Below are positions 1 to 13,202 of a DNA stretch of 64,000 nucleotides, in pieces; position 1 is the stretch's first letter; each line of letters opens with the position of its first letter. The notes below the pieces were generated by a model. That model searched no databases and was not told the origin of the DNA. It saw only the letters and a program-made list of their open reading frames with translations. The translations under genes and the position numbers were made by a program. Source of the stretch: Malacoraja senta (lineage: Eukaryota); NCBI GenBank assembly GCA_038087875.1, contig CM075989.1, positions 20,958,001-21,022,000 of the forward strand, read 5' to 3'.

Positions 1-737
1 GTTCATCATGAAATCAAACAGCATCAGAATTGTGCGTCTTAACAGAAAATCAAGATGCATAAAAAAATGTTTATTGGAATTAATCAGGTTTACGTTTTTA
101 ATAAGGGAACAGTTCCAATCAACTTAGACGCTTGAGTTAATTCAGTGAAATTACCTTTTTACCTCATGTAAATTGTCCCTAGTGTGTGTAGGATAGTGTT
201 AACGTGCGGGGATCGCTGGTCGCAGTGGACTTGGTGGGCCGAAGGGCCTGTTTCTGTGCTGTATCTCTAAACTAAACTAAAACCCTTTGATATACATTCC
301 TCCAACCAAGATTTCAGATACTTTCTTAGCATAATTTTTGGTCCGATTTTTAATATTAAATACACTTTATAAATGTGAGTTGTCATCGTGATTATGGAAA
401 TGAATTTGGAACAATCCCTTTGAGAACTATAATTCAGCTTAAAGGCACATTTGTGAACATATGCTAATCACAAACAATAAAACAATGGCCGATAAAGATG
501 TCTAGGTTAACTCTTGACAAAGCAAATATATCTTGCTGAGAGGAAATGTCATTCCTGCATCTGAATTTCTTAGGATACAGCAGGATGATCACCAAAGCCT
601 AATTATAAAACAAAGCAGGCTGGAATAAAAGCAATCTACAGTAACTTCTCTTCATTTTGTGTTTTTTCATTGTTGAATAATGTAAATCAGCTGATTGTGC
701 ATAAAATAATTTGCACAAATGTAATGGGATTCCAGAC

Positions 738-1047
738 TTAGTTTAGTTTAGCCTAGAATCCCTAAGCTTAGTTCGAGATACAGTGCGGAAACAGGTCCTT
801 CGGCCCACCGAGTCCAGGCCGACCAGCCCTCCCCATACACTAGCATTATCTCACACACACTGGGGACAATTTACAATTATACCAAGGCAATTAACCTACA
901 AACCTGTACGTCTTTTGAGTGTGGGAGGAAACCGAAGCTCCCAGAGAAAACCCACGTAGGTCATGGGGAGAACGTACAAACTCCGTGCAGACAGCACCCA
1001 TAGTCTGGATTGAACCTGGGTCTCTAGCGCTGTAAGCGCTGTAAGGC
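738..1047 (-). mobile_element. HE1-like tRNA-derived V-SINE copy
   Basis: Matches the other copies in the window: central GGTTTCCTCCCACACTC box, GGGCCGAAGGGCCTGTTTCC-type tail, (CTAAA)n end. Head partly decayed. Confidence 0.85.
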
Positions 1048-1817
1048 TTTATCTAAGGCATTATCTCACTGATATTTGTGGAAGCTTTCTATTCATTTTA
1101 TAAGTCTCTTGTGTTTCTCCAAGCGTAAACAGAGATAGTTTAAATAGAATATCCTCCATTGAAAACATTATCTCTCAATTGAAACACAATGTTTGGGTTC
1201 GACAAAGTATCAAGATTCAATCCACATGAATTAGACTTAATCTTAAAGATAGCCTACCTGTAAATACACTTCAACATGATTGCCTGTATGTTATAAATAA
1301 CTCACTGACAGCAAGGAAACTTGAAATGGCCATAGAATGTTTTATAGATAATATGAATGAAAATTCCTTTGTTAACTTCTATCAACAGAAAGGGTGGTGG
1401 ATGTATGGGATGAGAGGCAGGGACGATCACAATGTTTATGAAGCAATCAGACAGGTACTTAAATAGGACAGGTTCAGGCCAAACACAGGCAAGTGGGGCT
1501 AGTGTGGATGGGACATGTTGGTCGTTGTTGGCCCAATTGGCCTGTTTCCACACTCTATGACTCTATAACACTTAGTTTCTAGATTCAAGTTCTGAACATG
1601 AAGTACTGATTTTACATCAGTTAGATCAACAGTGCTTTTATTGTTGACAGCATACAAGTGGTGTTTCTCCACAGTTATACCAATGTACATTGTAACTGGT
1701 AGGGATTCAATTGTATACTGGAAAATATTTATTTGTTATCCTGATGTTATACTGTTTAATTTGAAACAGACAGAAGAACCCTTTCTTTGCATTGGAAAGT
1801 TGGGGATCTATTAACCA

Positions 1818-2000
1818 GTCTTCGTCGATGTAATCACAAAGAAAGCCCATCAATGCTTCTACTTCCTTAGAAGATTGTGGAGATTTAGTGTGTTGCCAAG
1901 TACTCTATTGAACCTCTACAGGTTAACGGTAGAAAGCATACTGACCGGTTGCATCATGGCCTGGTTCAGTAACTCGAACGCACAGGATCGAAGGAGGCTT
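1818..2000 (+). mobile_element. Rex1/Babar-like LINE RT C-terminal fragment
   Basis: Translates to AHQCFYFLRRL...LYRLTVESILTGCI, typical of the Rex1/Babar-like RT C-terminus. Confidence 0.7.
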
Positions 2001-2164
2001 TTATTTCTTTTGTCTGCTTTGGATTTGACTGAGAGATCAGTGTGCTGTAGACTTATCTAAAATTAGTATTACAGTATTTCCTATGATGTTGAACCAAAGC
2101 ATAACAATTATTATACAAACTTTTCCCCCAGGTTAATGGTCAAACTAGCTTCAATAAAAATACT

Positions 2165-2375
2165 TAAGTTTGCTGGAAAAAAATGTAATAAAATACTTAA
2201 CTTTGCTTGAAAAATCGAAGGTAGACAAAAACGCTGGAGAAACTCAGCAGGTGAGGTAGCATCTATGGAATGAAGGGATAGGTGACATTTCGGGTCTCAA
2301 CCTGAAACGTCACCTATCCCTTCGCTCCATAGATGCTGCCTCACCCGCTGAGTTTCTCCAGCATTTTTGTCTACA
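2165..2375. mobile_element. Penelope-derived fold-back (inverted-repeat) element
   Basis: About 75-bp inverted arms centred near 2297. Flanked by the 15-bp direct repeat TTCAATAAAAATACT (2150-2164, 2376-2390). Same sequence lies downstream of the GIY-YIG ORF at ~42850. Confidence 0.75.
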
Positions 2376-2544
2376 TTCAATAAAAATACTGATTAGTTTG
2401 AAGGTCCTTTCAGTTTCTGCAAACGTGATGTTGATTTTCCCGTGGGGTGTTTCTCCTAGTCTCATGTCGCCCTGTGCTTCTGTAAAGGACCCACCCGCAA
2501 TTGCTTACTTGATTGCGTTCTATAATCATGATACGATACAATAG

Positions 2545-2720
2545 GGAGGGAAATTGGTCTGCCAACAGACATAAAACACAACATGAAACATGATATTAAA
2601 GTGACAAGTACCTCACGACAGAAGGGGGAGGAGTTGTACAGTTTGATAGTCACAGGGTAAAAGGATCTCCTGTGGCGTTCTGTGCTGCATCTTGGTGGAA
2701 TCAGTCTGTCGCTTATGTCC
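2545..2720 (-). mobile_element. Rex1/Babar-like LINE 3' fragment
   Basis: RLIPPRCSTERHRRSFYPVTIKLYNS motif. Confidence 0.7.
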
Positions 2721-3069
2721 GATAAACAACAAAATTGGTAAAAATAGGCCAATGGAAGCTTTCATTTCAGCCTGTCTGGAACACTTACTCTTTCTCTTGT
2801 GCTTTCAATGTAGGAGTAAGCCCTGGGGTGTAATAGCTCTGCACTTGTTCCCATCAGAGAGACCGCCAGGGTCCCATTTGCACTATCCAAGCATAATACA
2901 TATCTGATTGCTGGCCTCCAGCTATGCCAGATCTTTCACTAGGAAGTCCCACTGCAGGTCTGCTGTTTCGCTAAATTATCTTCTTTTAAACCCTAACTTC
3001 ACGATCTCTGCTCACCGGCAGCAAATTCTGAGCTGCCGCTTGTCCCAGCTGTTCCTTTCTATCATCCCC

Positions 3070-3450
3070 CACCAGCATAATCAAGGACGAGACTCACCCC
3101 GGTCACTCCCTCTTCTCCCCTCGCCCATCGGCAAGAGGTACAGACGTGTGAAAACGCACACCTCCAGATTCAGGGGCAGTTTCTTCCCAGCTGTTATCAG
3201 GCAACTGAACCATTCTATCAATAACTAGGGAGCGGTCCTGAGTTACTATCTACCTCATTGGAGACCTTCGGACTATCTTTATTCAGACTTTGCTGGACTT
3301 TATCTTGCACTAAGTGTTACTCCCTTTATCCTGTATCAGTACATTATGGACGGCTTGATTGTCATCATGTATATTTTTCCACTGACTGGATAGCACGCAA
3401 CAAAAAAGCTTTTCGTTGTACCTTGGTACACGTGACCATAAAGTAAACTC
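3070..3450 (+). mobile_element. Rex1/Babar-like LINE 3' end
   Basis: GKRYRRVKTHTSRFRGSFFPAVIRQLN plus a 3' UTR shared with copies at 20479, 49400 and 51655. Confidence 0.7.
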
Positions 3451-5556
3451 AATATAACTGCCAGAACTGGGGTGTTTTATAAAACATGCAATTGGCAGAT
3501 ATTTATCATCCGGTCCATGGCCTTCAAACCGAACCATGGGCTAAACCGTTCCTTTCTATAACCCTCATTAATTGCCCCCTCATGCTGTTGCCACAATTCA
3601 ACCTTGCTGGACTGCTTCAGCTGCCTACCTGTAGATTTACAATCCCCTGCAGAACCTCAACTCGACAACTCTCTGCCACCCACCAACTCTAACTACGGTA
3701 TAGTCAAAGAGATACCGCGGCACGGTGGCGCAAATACGGAGACCCGGGGTTCGGGGCTAGTTGACTGGTGTGGGCAAGTTGGGCCGAATGGCCTGTTTCA
3801 GCGCTGTTTCACTCTATCACACAACGTGCCATAAAGTACCATTGATATTGGAATGGCACGTACACGTTTCTTGATTCCCTGACAATGCCAAAGTGAATCA
3901 GCTGAATATAGTTGGGAGAACTGCCTTTCCACTGTCTTCAGAATAAAGCATCATTGAATATAGTAGGAAGAGACTGCAAATGCTGGTTTAAACCAAAAAT
4001 AGACATAAAAAGCTGGAGCAACTCCACGGGTCAGACAGCATCTCTGGAGAAAAGGAGTAGGTGACGTTTCAGGTCAAGACCCTTCTTTGAGTCCGTGCCG
4101 TCGTATCACAGACTATACTATAGTTAGAGTTGGTGGGTGGCAGAGAGTTTTCTCCAGAGATACTGTCTGACCTGCTAGGTTACTCCAGCTTTTTGTCTCT
4201 ATCACTGACTTTAGGGCTGGGATATGAAGTATGTGCTTATATTAACATTGATATTGGCGCTGAGAGCACAGTCACAGAACCAGGGTAATAGGTTTTATCT
4301 TGTGGCATGAATAAGAGCTTTGAGAATTGTGCTTCAAAGTGAAGTCTTTGCTGGTAGCAGGCATGGCATCCGGACAGCACATTAATACTGTGGCCCCATT
4401 TGCAAGTCTATTTGTTTTTTGTAATGAAAAATTCATGAATTCTTCTAGGTCTCTTCAGCCTGTTCCCAAACCTTTAAGTGGAGTCTTGTTCCTGTTGACC
4501 TCTCTCCTCTGGAGACTCAGTTGATGAATCCTTTTTTCCAGGCAGAGTTGAAATGTGTTCGTTCACAAGGCGCTTTGCATCACTAGCAAGTCCAGCACTT
4601 ATCCTTAATTGCCCTTTAGCTCCATGACTTGATAGACCATTTCAGAAGGCAGTTAAGAGTCACCCTCGTTGCTGTATGTCTTGAGGGCATTAGTGAATGT
4701 ATTTTTTATATGATAGTCAAGTGGTAACATCAGGGTTTCTGATACTACCTCTTTTAATCCAGAAGCACTCCATCAACCAAATTTAAAGTCTGACATGCCA
4801 TGGTGCAATTTAAACTCTTTTTTTTTGGTATCTTTACTATCGCAAGGCATCTGGATTACTAGATCAGCAATCTGATTACTCTGTTAATTAATGACCAATT
4901 GTGTATTAATGATCATACACTGCTAATCCTTGAACTACTTACCAGACTGTACGACAAGATGAGCCATTTATATCCAGACATTTACACTGATGTTTCATCA
5001 ATTCTATAGTGTATTGGGAATTGGTGCTTGAACACAGTTGCACAGTTGGTGATGACAAGGGCCTGTTTCCGCACTGTATCTCTAAACAAAACTAAAATTA
5101 ACCACTGGTTTTCATATTTGTGATCAGACATTTTCATGTTCATAAGTGATAGGAGCAGAATTAGGCCATTCGGCCCATCAAGCCTACTCCACCATTCAAT
5201 CATGGCTGATTTATCTTTCTCTCTTAACCCCAATTTCCTGCCTTCTCACCACAACCCCTGATACCCGGACTTCCGGAAACCTTTGGAAATTCGGATCAGA
5301 CAACATCTCCGGAGAAAAAGGAAGGGTGACATTTCGGGTTAAAACACTTCTTTAGAGTTTGAGGATAATTTGCTTCTAAATTTTAGTCACATTGGGATGA
5401 CAAAGTTACTAATTTCTGCGCTCTTGAAGCTGCAGTGTTATAACCACTGACTTTGGACATAGAATTGTTATTGGGGTTTGTGATCTGTGACTAGAATAAA
5501 AGGAAAAGGGTGACATTCTTCATCCAAAATCATGAAAACTACTTTTTCTATTTCAA

Positions 5557-7187
5557 ATGTCTTTTCTTCGGTATTCACCAAGGAGAAGGATATGGAATTA
5601 TGTGAGGTAAGGGAAACAAGCAGAGTAGCAATGGAAACTATGAGATTCAAAGAAGAGGAGGTGCGGACACTTTTGAAAAATATGAAAACGGATAAGTCTC
5701 CAGGTCCTGACAGGATATTCCCTAGGACATTGAGGGAAGTTAGTGTAGAAATAGCAGGGGCTATGACAGAAATATTTCAAATGTCATTAGAAACGGGAAT
5801 AGTGCCGGAGGATTGGCGTACTGCGCATGTTGTTCCGTTGTTTAAAAAGGGTTCTAAGCGTAAACCTAGCAATTATAGACCTGTTAGTTTGACGTCAGTG
5901 GTGGGCAAATTAATGGAAAGGATACTTAAAGATAATATATATTAGCATCTGGATAAGCAGGGCCTGATTAGGAACAGTCAACATGGATTTGTGCCTGGAA
6001 GGTCATGTTTGACTAATCTTCTTGAATTTTTCGAAGAGGTTACTAGGGAAATTGATGAGGGTAAAGCAGTGGATGTTGTCTATATGGACTTCAGTAAGGC
6101 CTTTGACAAGGTTCCTCATGGAAGGTTGGTTAAGAAGATTCAATTGTTGGGTATTAATGGTGGAGTAGCAAGATGGATTCAACAGTGGCTGAATGGGAGA
6201 TGCCAGAGAGTAATGGTGGATGGCTGTTTGTCAGGTTGGAGGCCGGTGACTAGTGGGGTGCCTCAGGGGTCTGTGTTGGGTCCACTGTTGTTTGTCATGT
6301 ACATCAATGATCTGGATGATGGTGTGAAAAATTGGATTAGTAAGTATGCAGATGATACTAAGATAGGTGGTGTTGTGGATAATGAAGTAGATTTTCAAAG
6401 TCTACAGAGAGATTTAGGCCATTTGGAAGAGTGGGCTGAAAGATGGCAGATGGAGTTTAATGCTGATAAATGTGAGGTGCTACATCTCGGCAGGACAAAT
6501 CAAAATAGGACGTACATGGTAAATGGTAGCGAATTGAGGAATGCAGTTGAACAGAGGGATCTAGGAATAACTGTGCATAGTTCCCTGAAGGTGAAATCTC
6601 ATGTAGATAGGGTGGTAAAGAAAGCTTTTGGTGTGCTGGCCTTTATAAATCAGAGCATTGAATATAGAAGTTGGGATGTAATGTTAAAATTGTACAAGGC
6701 ATTGGTGAGGCCAATTCTGGAGTATGGAGTACAATTTTGGTCGCCTAATTATAGGAAGGATGTCAACAAAATAGAGAGAGTACAGAGGAGATTTACTAGA
6801 ATGTTGCCTGGGTTTCAGCAACTAAGTTACAGAGAAAGGTTGAACAAGTTAGGTCTTTATTCTTTGGAGCGCAGAAGGTTAAGAGGGGACTTGATAGAGG
6901 TCTTTAAAATTATGAGCGGGTTAGACAGAGTGGACGTGGATAAGCTTTTCCCATTGAGAGTAGGGAAGATTCAAACAAGGGGACATGACTTGAGAATTAA
7001 GGGACAGAAGTTTAGGGGTAACATTAGGGGGAACTTCTTTACTCAGAGAGTGGTAGCTGTGTGGAATGAGCTTCCAGTGGAAGTGGTGGAGGCAGGTTCG
7101 ATTTTATCCTTTAAAAATAGATTGGATGGGTATATGGACGGGAAAGGAATGGAGGGTTATGGTCTGAGTGCAGGTAGATGGGACTAG
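5557..7187 (+). pseudogene. CR1 ORF2 reverse transcriptase, truncated, one in-frame stop (TAG 5943-5945)
   Basis: ORFs 5532..5945 and 5991..7187 are in the same frame. No endonuclease domain. Confidence 0.9.
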
Positions 7188-7280
7188 GGGGAAGTTAAAA
7201 AAAAAATTAAAAAAATTGTTCGGCACGGACTTGAAGGGCCGAGATGGCCTGTTTCCGTGCTGTTATGGTTATATGGTTAT
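5557..7280 (+). mobile_element. 5'-truncated CR1 (HER1-like) LINE
   Basis: RT motifs KSPGPD, NYRPVSLTS, DFSKAFDKV, GVPQGSVLGP, YADD. 3' end GGCCTGTTTCCGTGCTG resembles the SINE tail; ends in a short GTTATATG-type tail. Confidence 0.95.
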
Positions 7281-7409
7281 AAAACACAAAGTGCTTGAGG
7301 AACTCAGCAGGTTAGACAGAACCTATGGAGGGAATGGACAGCCGATGTTTTGGGTCAGGACCCTTTTACAGACTGAGTTTGATATTGTATGCAAGTCTGT
7401 TTACATTTA

Positions 7410-7680
7410 ATATTAGTTTTAGCAATACAGTGCAGAAACAGACGCTTCAGGCCCACCGAGTCCGTGCTGACCAACGACCAGCCGTACACTAGTTCTATCC
7501 TACACACCAGGGACGATTTACAGAAGCCAATTAACCTAGAAACCTGCACGTGTTTGGAATGTGGGAGGAAACCGGAGCACCCGGAGAAAACCCACACAGT
7601 CACAGGGAGAACGTTCAAACTCCGTACAGTTAGCATCTGTAGTCGGGATCAGACCCGGGTCTCTGGCACTGTGTCAGCAG
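7410..7680 (-). mobile_element. HE1-like SINE copy
   Basis: Matches the other window copies. Confidence 0.8.
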
Positions 7681-9059
7681 TTCTTTTTGATGCAATGATA
7701 TAACCGCTGGTGCCAAGTCTTGGACTAATCATAGAACATAGACCAGTACAGCACAGGAACAGGCCCCTTCGGCCCACAATGTCTGTGCCAAACATGAAGC
7801 AAATAAACGAATCTCCTGCCTGCACCTGATCCATATCCCTCCTTTCCCTGCATATCCATGTACCTCTGTAAAAACAGTGCTGGAATAACTCAGCGGGTCG
7901 GCAAAGGGCATGTTCCTGTGCTGTACTGTTCTATGTACTACATTCTATGATTATTCCCAGATTTGGCATCACTAAAAAGAATGCTGATGAAAATAAAGAC
8001 CATTAAAAAAATGAGCAAAAAACTTGTGTAACCTCAAACTTCGTCTACTGCATTTGGTGTTCCTGATGTGGCTTCCTGCAAGTATGGACTCGGCGACCGT
8101 TTTACTAAACACATTGGGGTGAAATAGAGAAAAAATGAACTGCAGATACAGGTATACAAAAAAAAGGCGCAAAGTGCTGGAGTAATTCAGGGGTTGAGTT
8201 GCTGCCTTACAGCGCCAGAACCCGGTTTCGATCCTAACTAAGGGTGCTGTCTGTATGGAGTTTGTACGATGTCCCTGTGACCTGTTGGTTTACTCCGGGA
8301 TCTCTGGTTTCCTCCCACACTCCGAAGACGTACAGGTCGTACGACAAACCAGGGAACATTAACACAAACTTTTAAAACACACTAAAAATAACAAAAAAAA
8401 GGAAAAGACAGACAGACTGTTGGCGAGGCTGTCATTGCTGACGGCGCCACCCGGCGGATTGGGATCTTTCTTCCGACTGGTCCTGACCAGAAATATCACC
8501 TATCCATGTTCTCCGCAGATGCTGCCTGACCCACCGAGTTACTTCAGCACTTTGTGTCTTTATCTTTTCCCCTGCTGTGAAATACTTGGTGTGCAACCGC
8601 GGCCCTTTAAGGAGTTATGTGTCTTTTGAAAGCGAGCTTTCGAGCTGCACTGTGACTGACACAAAAAGTAATTCCACAGTCTCAGGAAACTGGTTCCTGT
8701 TTACTGAATCACTGGTGAAACATTGCGAAGCTGAATGACCGCGGAGAAACAGCTTGCTCAGGCTTTCAATAGCTCCTCGAAATAATAGCAGCTTCTGATG
8801 AAGTTGGAAAGCAACAGGAAAATAAGTAAAACCTATTATAAAACAGTTGTCCAAGAAATCAAGCAAGGAAGGAAAAATCAATAAGCTGTGAAGGTTGAAC
8901 CTATTCTCAAGCTGTTTTCTATTTCACAGTTTAATGGTGTTTTAATGTGTCTGTCACTGAGTTCTGCATGTCACACAGGTGGGCAATTCGGAGACAGAAC
9001 ACCTCGCTAATATAACCTCACTTGGAATGGCTTTATTTTTGTTTAAGAGGGCCTACCTC

Positions 9060-9364
9060 GGGCGGCAAGGTGGCGCGGCGGTAGAGTTGCTGCCTGACAA
9101 CACCAGAGACCCCGGTTCGATCCTGACTGCTGGGTGCTGTCTGTCGTACGCTCTCCCTGTGACCGTGTGGGTTTTCACCGGGTGCTCTGGTTTCCTCCCA
9201 CGTTCTAAAGACGTACAGGTTTGTAGGTTAATTGGCTTCTGTAAATTGTAAATTGTCCCAAGTGCGTAAGACAGTGCTAGTGCACCAAGTGATCGAGGTC
9301 GGCATGACTCGGTGGGCCGTAGGGTCCGTTTCCACGCTGTATCTTCAAAGTCTAAAATAAAGTC
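9060..9364 (+). mobile_element. HE1-like SINE, full length
   Basis: tRNA-like head with A box (TGGCGCGGCGG) and B box (GGTTCGATCC), central box, CR1-like tail. Confidence 0.85.
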
Positions 9365-9724
9365 TCTCTAGAAAATAAATCTGAACTGATAATAAAAATT
9401 TAATAAAATCTACTGTTCTTATTGCATTTTAAGGACTCTTCTTCAACTCCTGACGTAAACGTCACCTATCAGTGTCCAATATAGGCAGCACATTGATTCC
9501 TTCTCCAATGTTAAGAAATATGCAGGCTTGTAGTTTAATTGGCCCTATTGTTTAGGATAGAATTAATGTGTAGTGTACGGATGATCATTGGTGTGTGCAG
9601 ACTCGATGGGCCAAAGGGCCTGTTTCCAGGTTGTATCTCCAAAACTAAACTAAAACTTTGCTGCTTAGTTACCATTAGTAAATTAGTAACCATTAGTAAA
9701 TTAGTAACCATTAGTTCTGCAATG

Positions 9725-10020
9725 TTAGACTTTAGAGACTCAGCGTGGTAACAGGCCCTTCAGCCCACCGAGTCTGTGCGATTATCCCCATACACTAATA
9801 CTAATCTGCACACACTAGGGACAGTTTACATATTTTTACCAAAGCCAATTAACCTCCAAATCTTTGGAGTGAGGGAGAAAACCAGAACTGCCAGAGAAAC
9901 CACAGGCAGTCACAGGGAGTATGTACAAACTCTGTGCAGACAGCATCTGCAGTCAGGATCGAACCTGGGCCTCTGGCGCTGTGTGGCAGTAACTCTACCG
10001 CTGCGCCACTGTTCCACCCC
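9725..10020 (-). mobile_element. HE1-like SINE copy
   Basis: Matches the other copies. Confidence 0.8.
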
Positions 10021-10785
10021 GAGTTTGAGAATTGATAGTCTTAATTCTCAAAATCCACAGATGATTAAACAGTTGTTTGAATAATCAGACATCATATAAT
10101 AAAGCAATTTTGGCAGAGGTATAACAATAAATTATACATTGCCTCAGTTCAGTGGATACTTTACAACATATAAAACATGTAATTATGGATAATTTGTTAA
10201 CAAAATGTTATAATTTGAACTATCCATTCCACTTGAAAGCAGAATTGGGCTTTCTTTGCAATTTATGTTATTTAATCTTTTATGAATTTTCAGGAATACC
10301 ACATTTAATAATGCGGTCACCATTTTAACCTATTAGCAACTGATGAAATGTACTTTTATGCTTGGGTCCCTGGGAATAATGTAAGTGATAGTTATGCATC
10401 ACATCTCTGGAAATGAGGGTAATGAGCCTACCGATATATTTCAGGTATTGCTTAATTAGGAATAGAATGGGAACATGAGACACAATAAATGAAGGATGTT
10501 AGTTTATTGAAAGACTTGAACTAAATTTCACACTTGGAATCTAGAAGGAAAAATAATACATGCTCTTCAGATAATGGTATAGGAATAAATTGAACTGATA
10601 TTTCCTCAAGTTAGAAATGGCTAATGAATGGAGATGAGGAGGAACTTCTTTAGCCAGAGGATGATGAAACTGGAATTCATTGCCACAGACGGCTGTGGAG
10701 GTCAAGTCATTGGGTATTTTTAAAGTGGACTGTTTTTAAAGGGCATGTTTCCGTGCTGTATCTCTAAAATAAATTAAACAAAACA

Positions 10786-11325
10786 GAATGAATGAATGAA
10801 TACGTTTTTTGGCAAAGTATGTACACATACAAGGAATTTGCCTTGGTGCTCAGCTCGCAAGTAACAACACGACATACAGCAAACAATTAAGAATAAAACA
10901 TTAAAACATTAAGAATAAAACATTATTGATTAAACATATGAATGAAATAAAATACCAGAACAAAAGGAGGCTACAGATTTTTGGTTATTGAGTAGAGCTA
11001 CTGCTTATGGAAAAAAAAACTGTTTTTATGTCTGGCTGTGGCGGCTTTGACAGTCTGGAGTCGCCTTCCAGAGGGAAGTGCTTCAAAGAGTTTGTGGCCA
11101 CGGTGAGAGGGGTCAGATATGATCTTACCCGCTCGCTTCCTGGCCCTTGCAGTGTACAGTTCGTCAATGGGGGGAAGGTTGCAGCCAACAACCTTCTCAG
11201 CTGATTGAACGATTCGCTGCAGCCTCCAGGTGTCGTGCTTGGTGGCTGAGCCAAACCAGACCATGATGGAGAAGGTGAGGACAGACTCTACGATGGCCGT
11301 GTAGAATTGGACCATCATTGCCTCT
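10786..11325 (-). mobile_element. Rex1/Babar-like LINE 3' end with (TTCA)n tail
   Basis: FYTAIVESVLTFSIMVWF...IISDPSH..LPSGRR..RHKNSFF. The same 3' UTR recurs at 18521-18820 (-) and 47373-47581 (+). Confidence 0.85.
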
Positions 11326-11418
11326 GTGGCAGATTCCACAAACTATTGGCATATTTTCCTGAGAGAGGTTGCTGATTGATCTATGGACTTCATAATGAAT
11401 ATGGTTCTGAATCTCTTA

Positions 11419-11811
<393 letters not shown>

Positions 11812-12585
11812 TTAATTTGTATATCTAACTCAAAAAAAAAAAACTGGCCTGTTTTTGAAAATACGTATGTTGTCTTTGTAGTTTTAATTCCTTCATATGT
11901 CTGGCTTCAACAGTGCATTAATTTTGAGTTTCTTTTGATTTTGTTTGGCATTTTGTTATTCCACTTTCCGGCCTCGCCCACCTACTCCAACCCCACTATT
12001 AACTATTTGTCCAGAAAATAGATTTCCTTCCTTTCTTTTGTAGATTTTCTGTGGTCAAAATTAAAACAAAAACATTTCAGTATCTGGTGCAGAATTTATT
12101 CAGTTCTTCCATAAGATGCCTTTATTAAAATGTGTCTTTTTTTTTCATTCTCAGTTGCAATATATTATTTTGTTTTTAAATATCTTGGAGCCTATGTTTA
12201 ACTCACCTTTTCTATCATATTTCTTGTTGTTGCTTCACCTGATTCAATTTGGCAAATGGAGGTTGACAATGGATGATTCAATGGTGCTTTTAGTCAAGTG
12301 TGCAAACGCACAGTGAAATTATTTTCTTACATACAGCCCAGTACAATATTCCCATAACTAAGTATATCCTTGATTAGCAAGTGTACAGAAATAGTCTGCT
12401 GAGCCCGCGTGCAAGAGGCACCATGTTTTGATGCCATTTTCAACGTCCAGTCCGCATTCAAGTTCGTATGAGCAGTGCCCGATCCAGACGAGCCCCAGGC
12501 TGCTGCAGAGCCTCCAGCCATCGCCTTCCTTGGATGCAACATCCCTGTCCTCGCCCGTCCTTTGTGTCCCAGGTGCGCCTCCTGC

Positions 12586-13022
12586 TAGGGTTACCAACTG
12601 TCCCGTATTAGCCGGATATCCCGTATATTGGGCTAAATTGGTTTGTCCCATACGGGATCGCCCTTATCCCGTATTTAACTGCTACTACTCGGGTTGAGGG
12701 GACTGTCGGGTCTGAGTGCCGCGTCAGGGTCCCGCCTCACTCGTCCCGACATAGGGTAGCTCATGGAGTGCAGCAGCAGCGCCTCGCCCGTGGCCCCGTC
12801 GGTCGACAGCTGTCCGACCTTCGGACCTTCACTTACCGCCGACACCATCGCCCCTCCTTCTGATGGCCGATCATTGGTTCATGAGTTGGATTGGGGTGCC
12901 GGACTTCTCAGCTGGCCCGCCGGCTGGGCTTTGTGTGCAGTCCAGCACCAAGTCATCATTCACCCAGCCACGGCCGAGTCGGTCAATGAAATGCCGTCGG
13001 GAATTTGTCCCTTATTTTGACC
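12586..13022. mobile_element. Probable non-autonomous hAT-like DNA transposon, one end visible
   Basis: Starts TAGGGTTACCAACTGTCCCG with repeated subterminal TCCCGTAT motifs. No matching opposite terminus found. Confidence 0.45.
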
Positions 13023-13202
13023 TTTTAAGGGAATAACGTTTAGTGCAAGGTACAGCCAGCAAAGTCTGATCAAGGATAGTCCGAGGGTCATCAAAGAGGT
13101 AGATAGTAGTTCAGGACTGCTCTCTGGTTGTGGTTGGATGGTTCAGTTGCCTGATAACAGCTGACATACTTCCAGAAGCTAGTTCATAGCCTTTCACAAG
13201 TA

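Noticed and set aside
4943..5003. Minus-strand exon-like segment translating MKHQCKCLDINGSSCRTV, reminiscent of the Wnt CKCHGxSGSC motif
   Set aside because: Lacks the invariant H, G and S residues and spacing, has a weak acceptor, and no other Wnt exons were seen. Likely chance.
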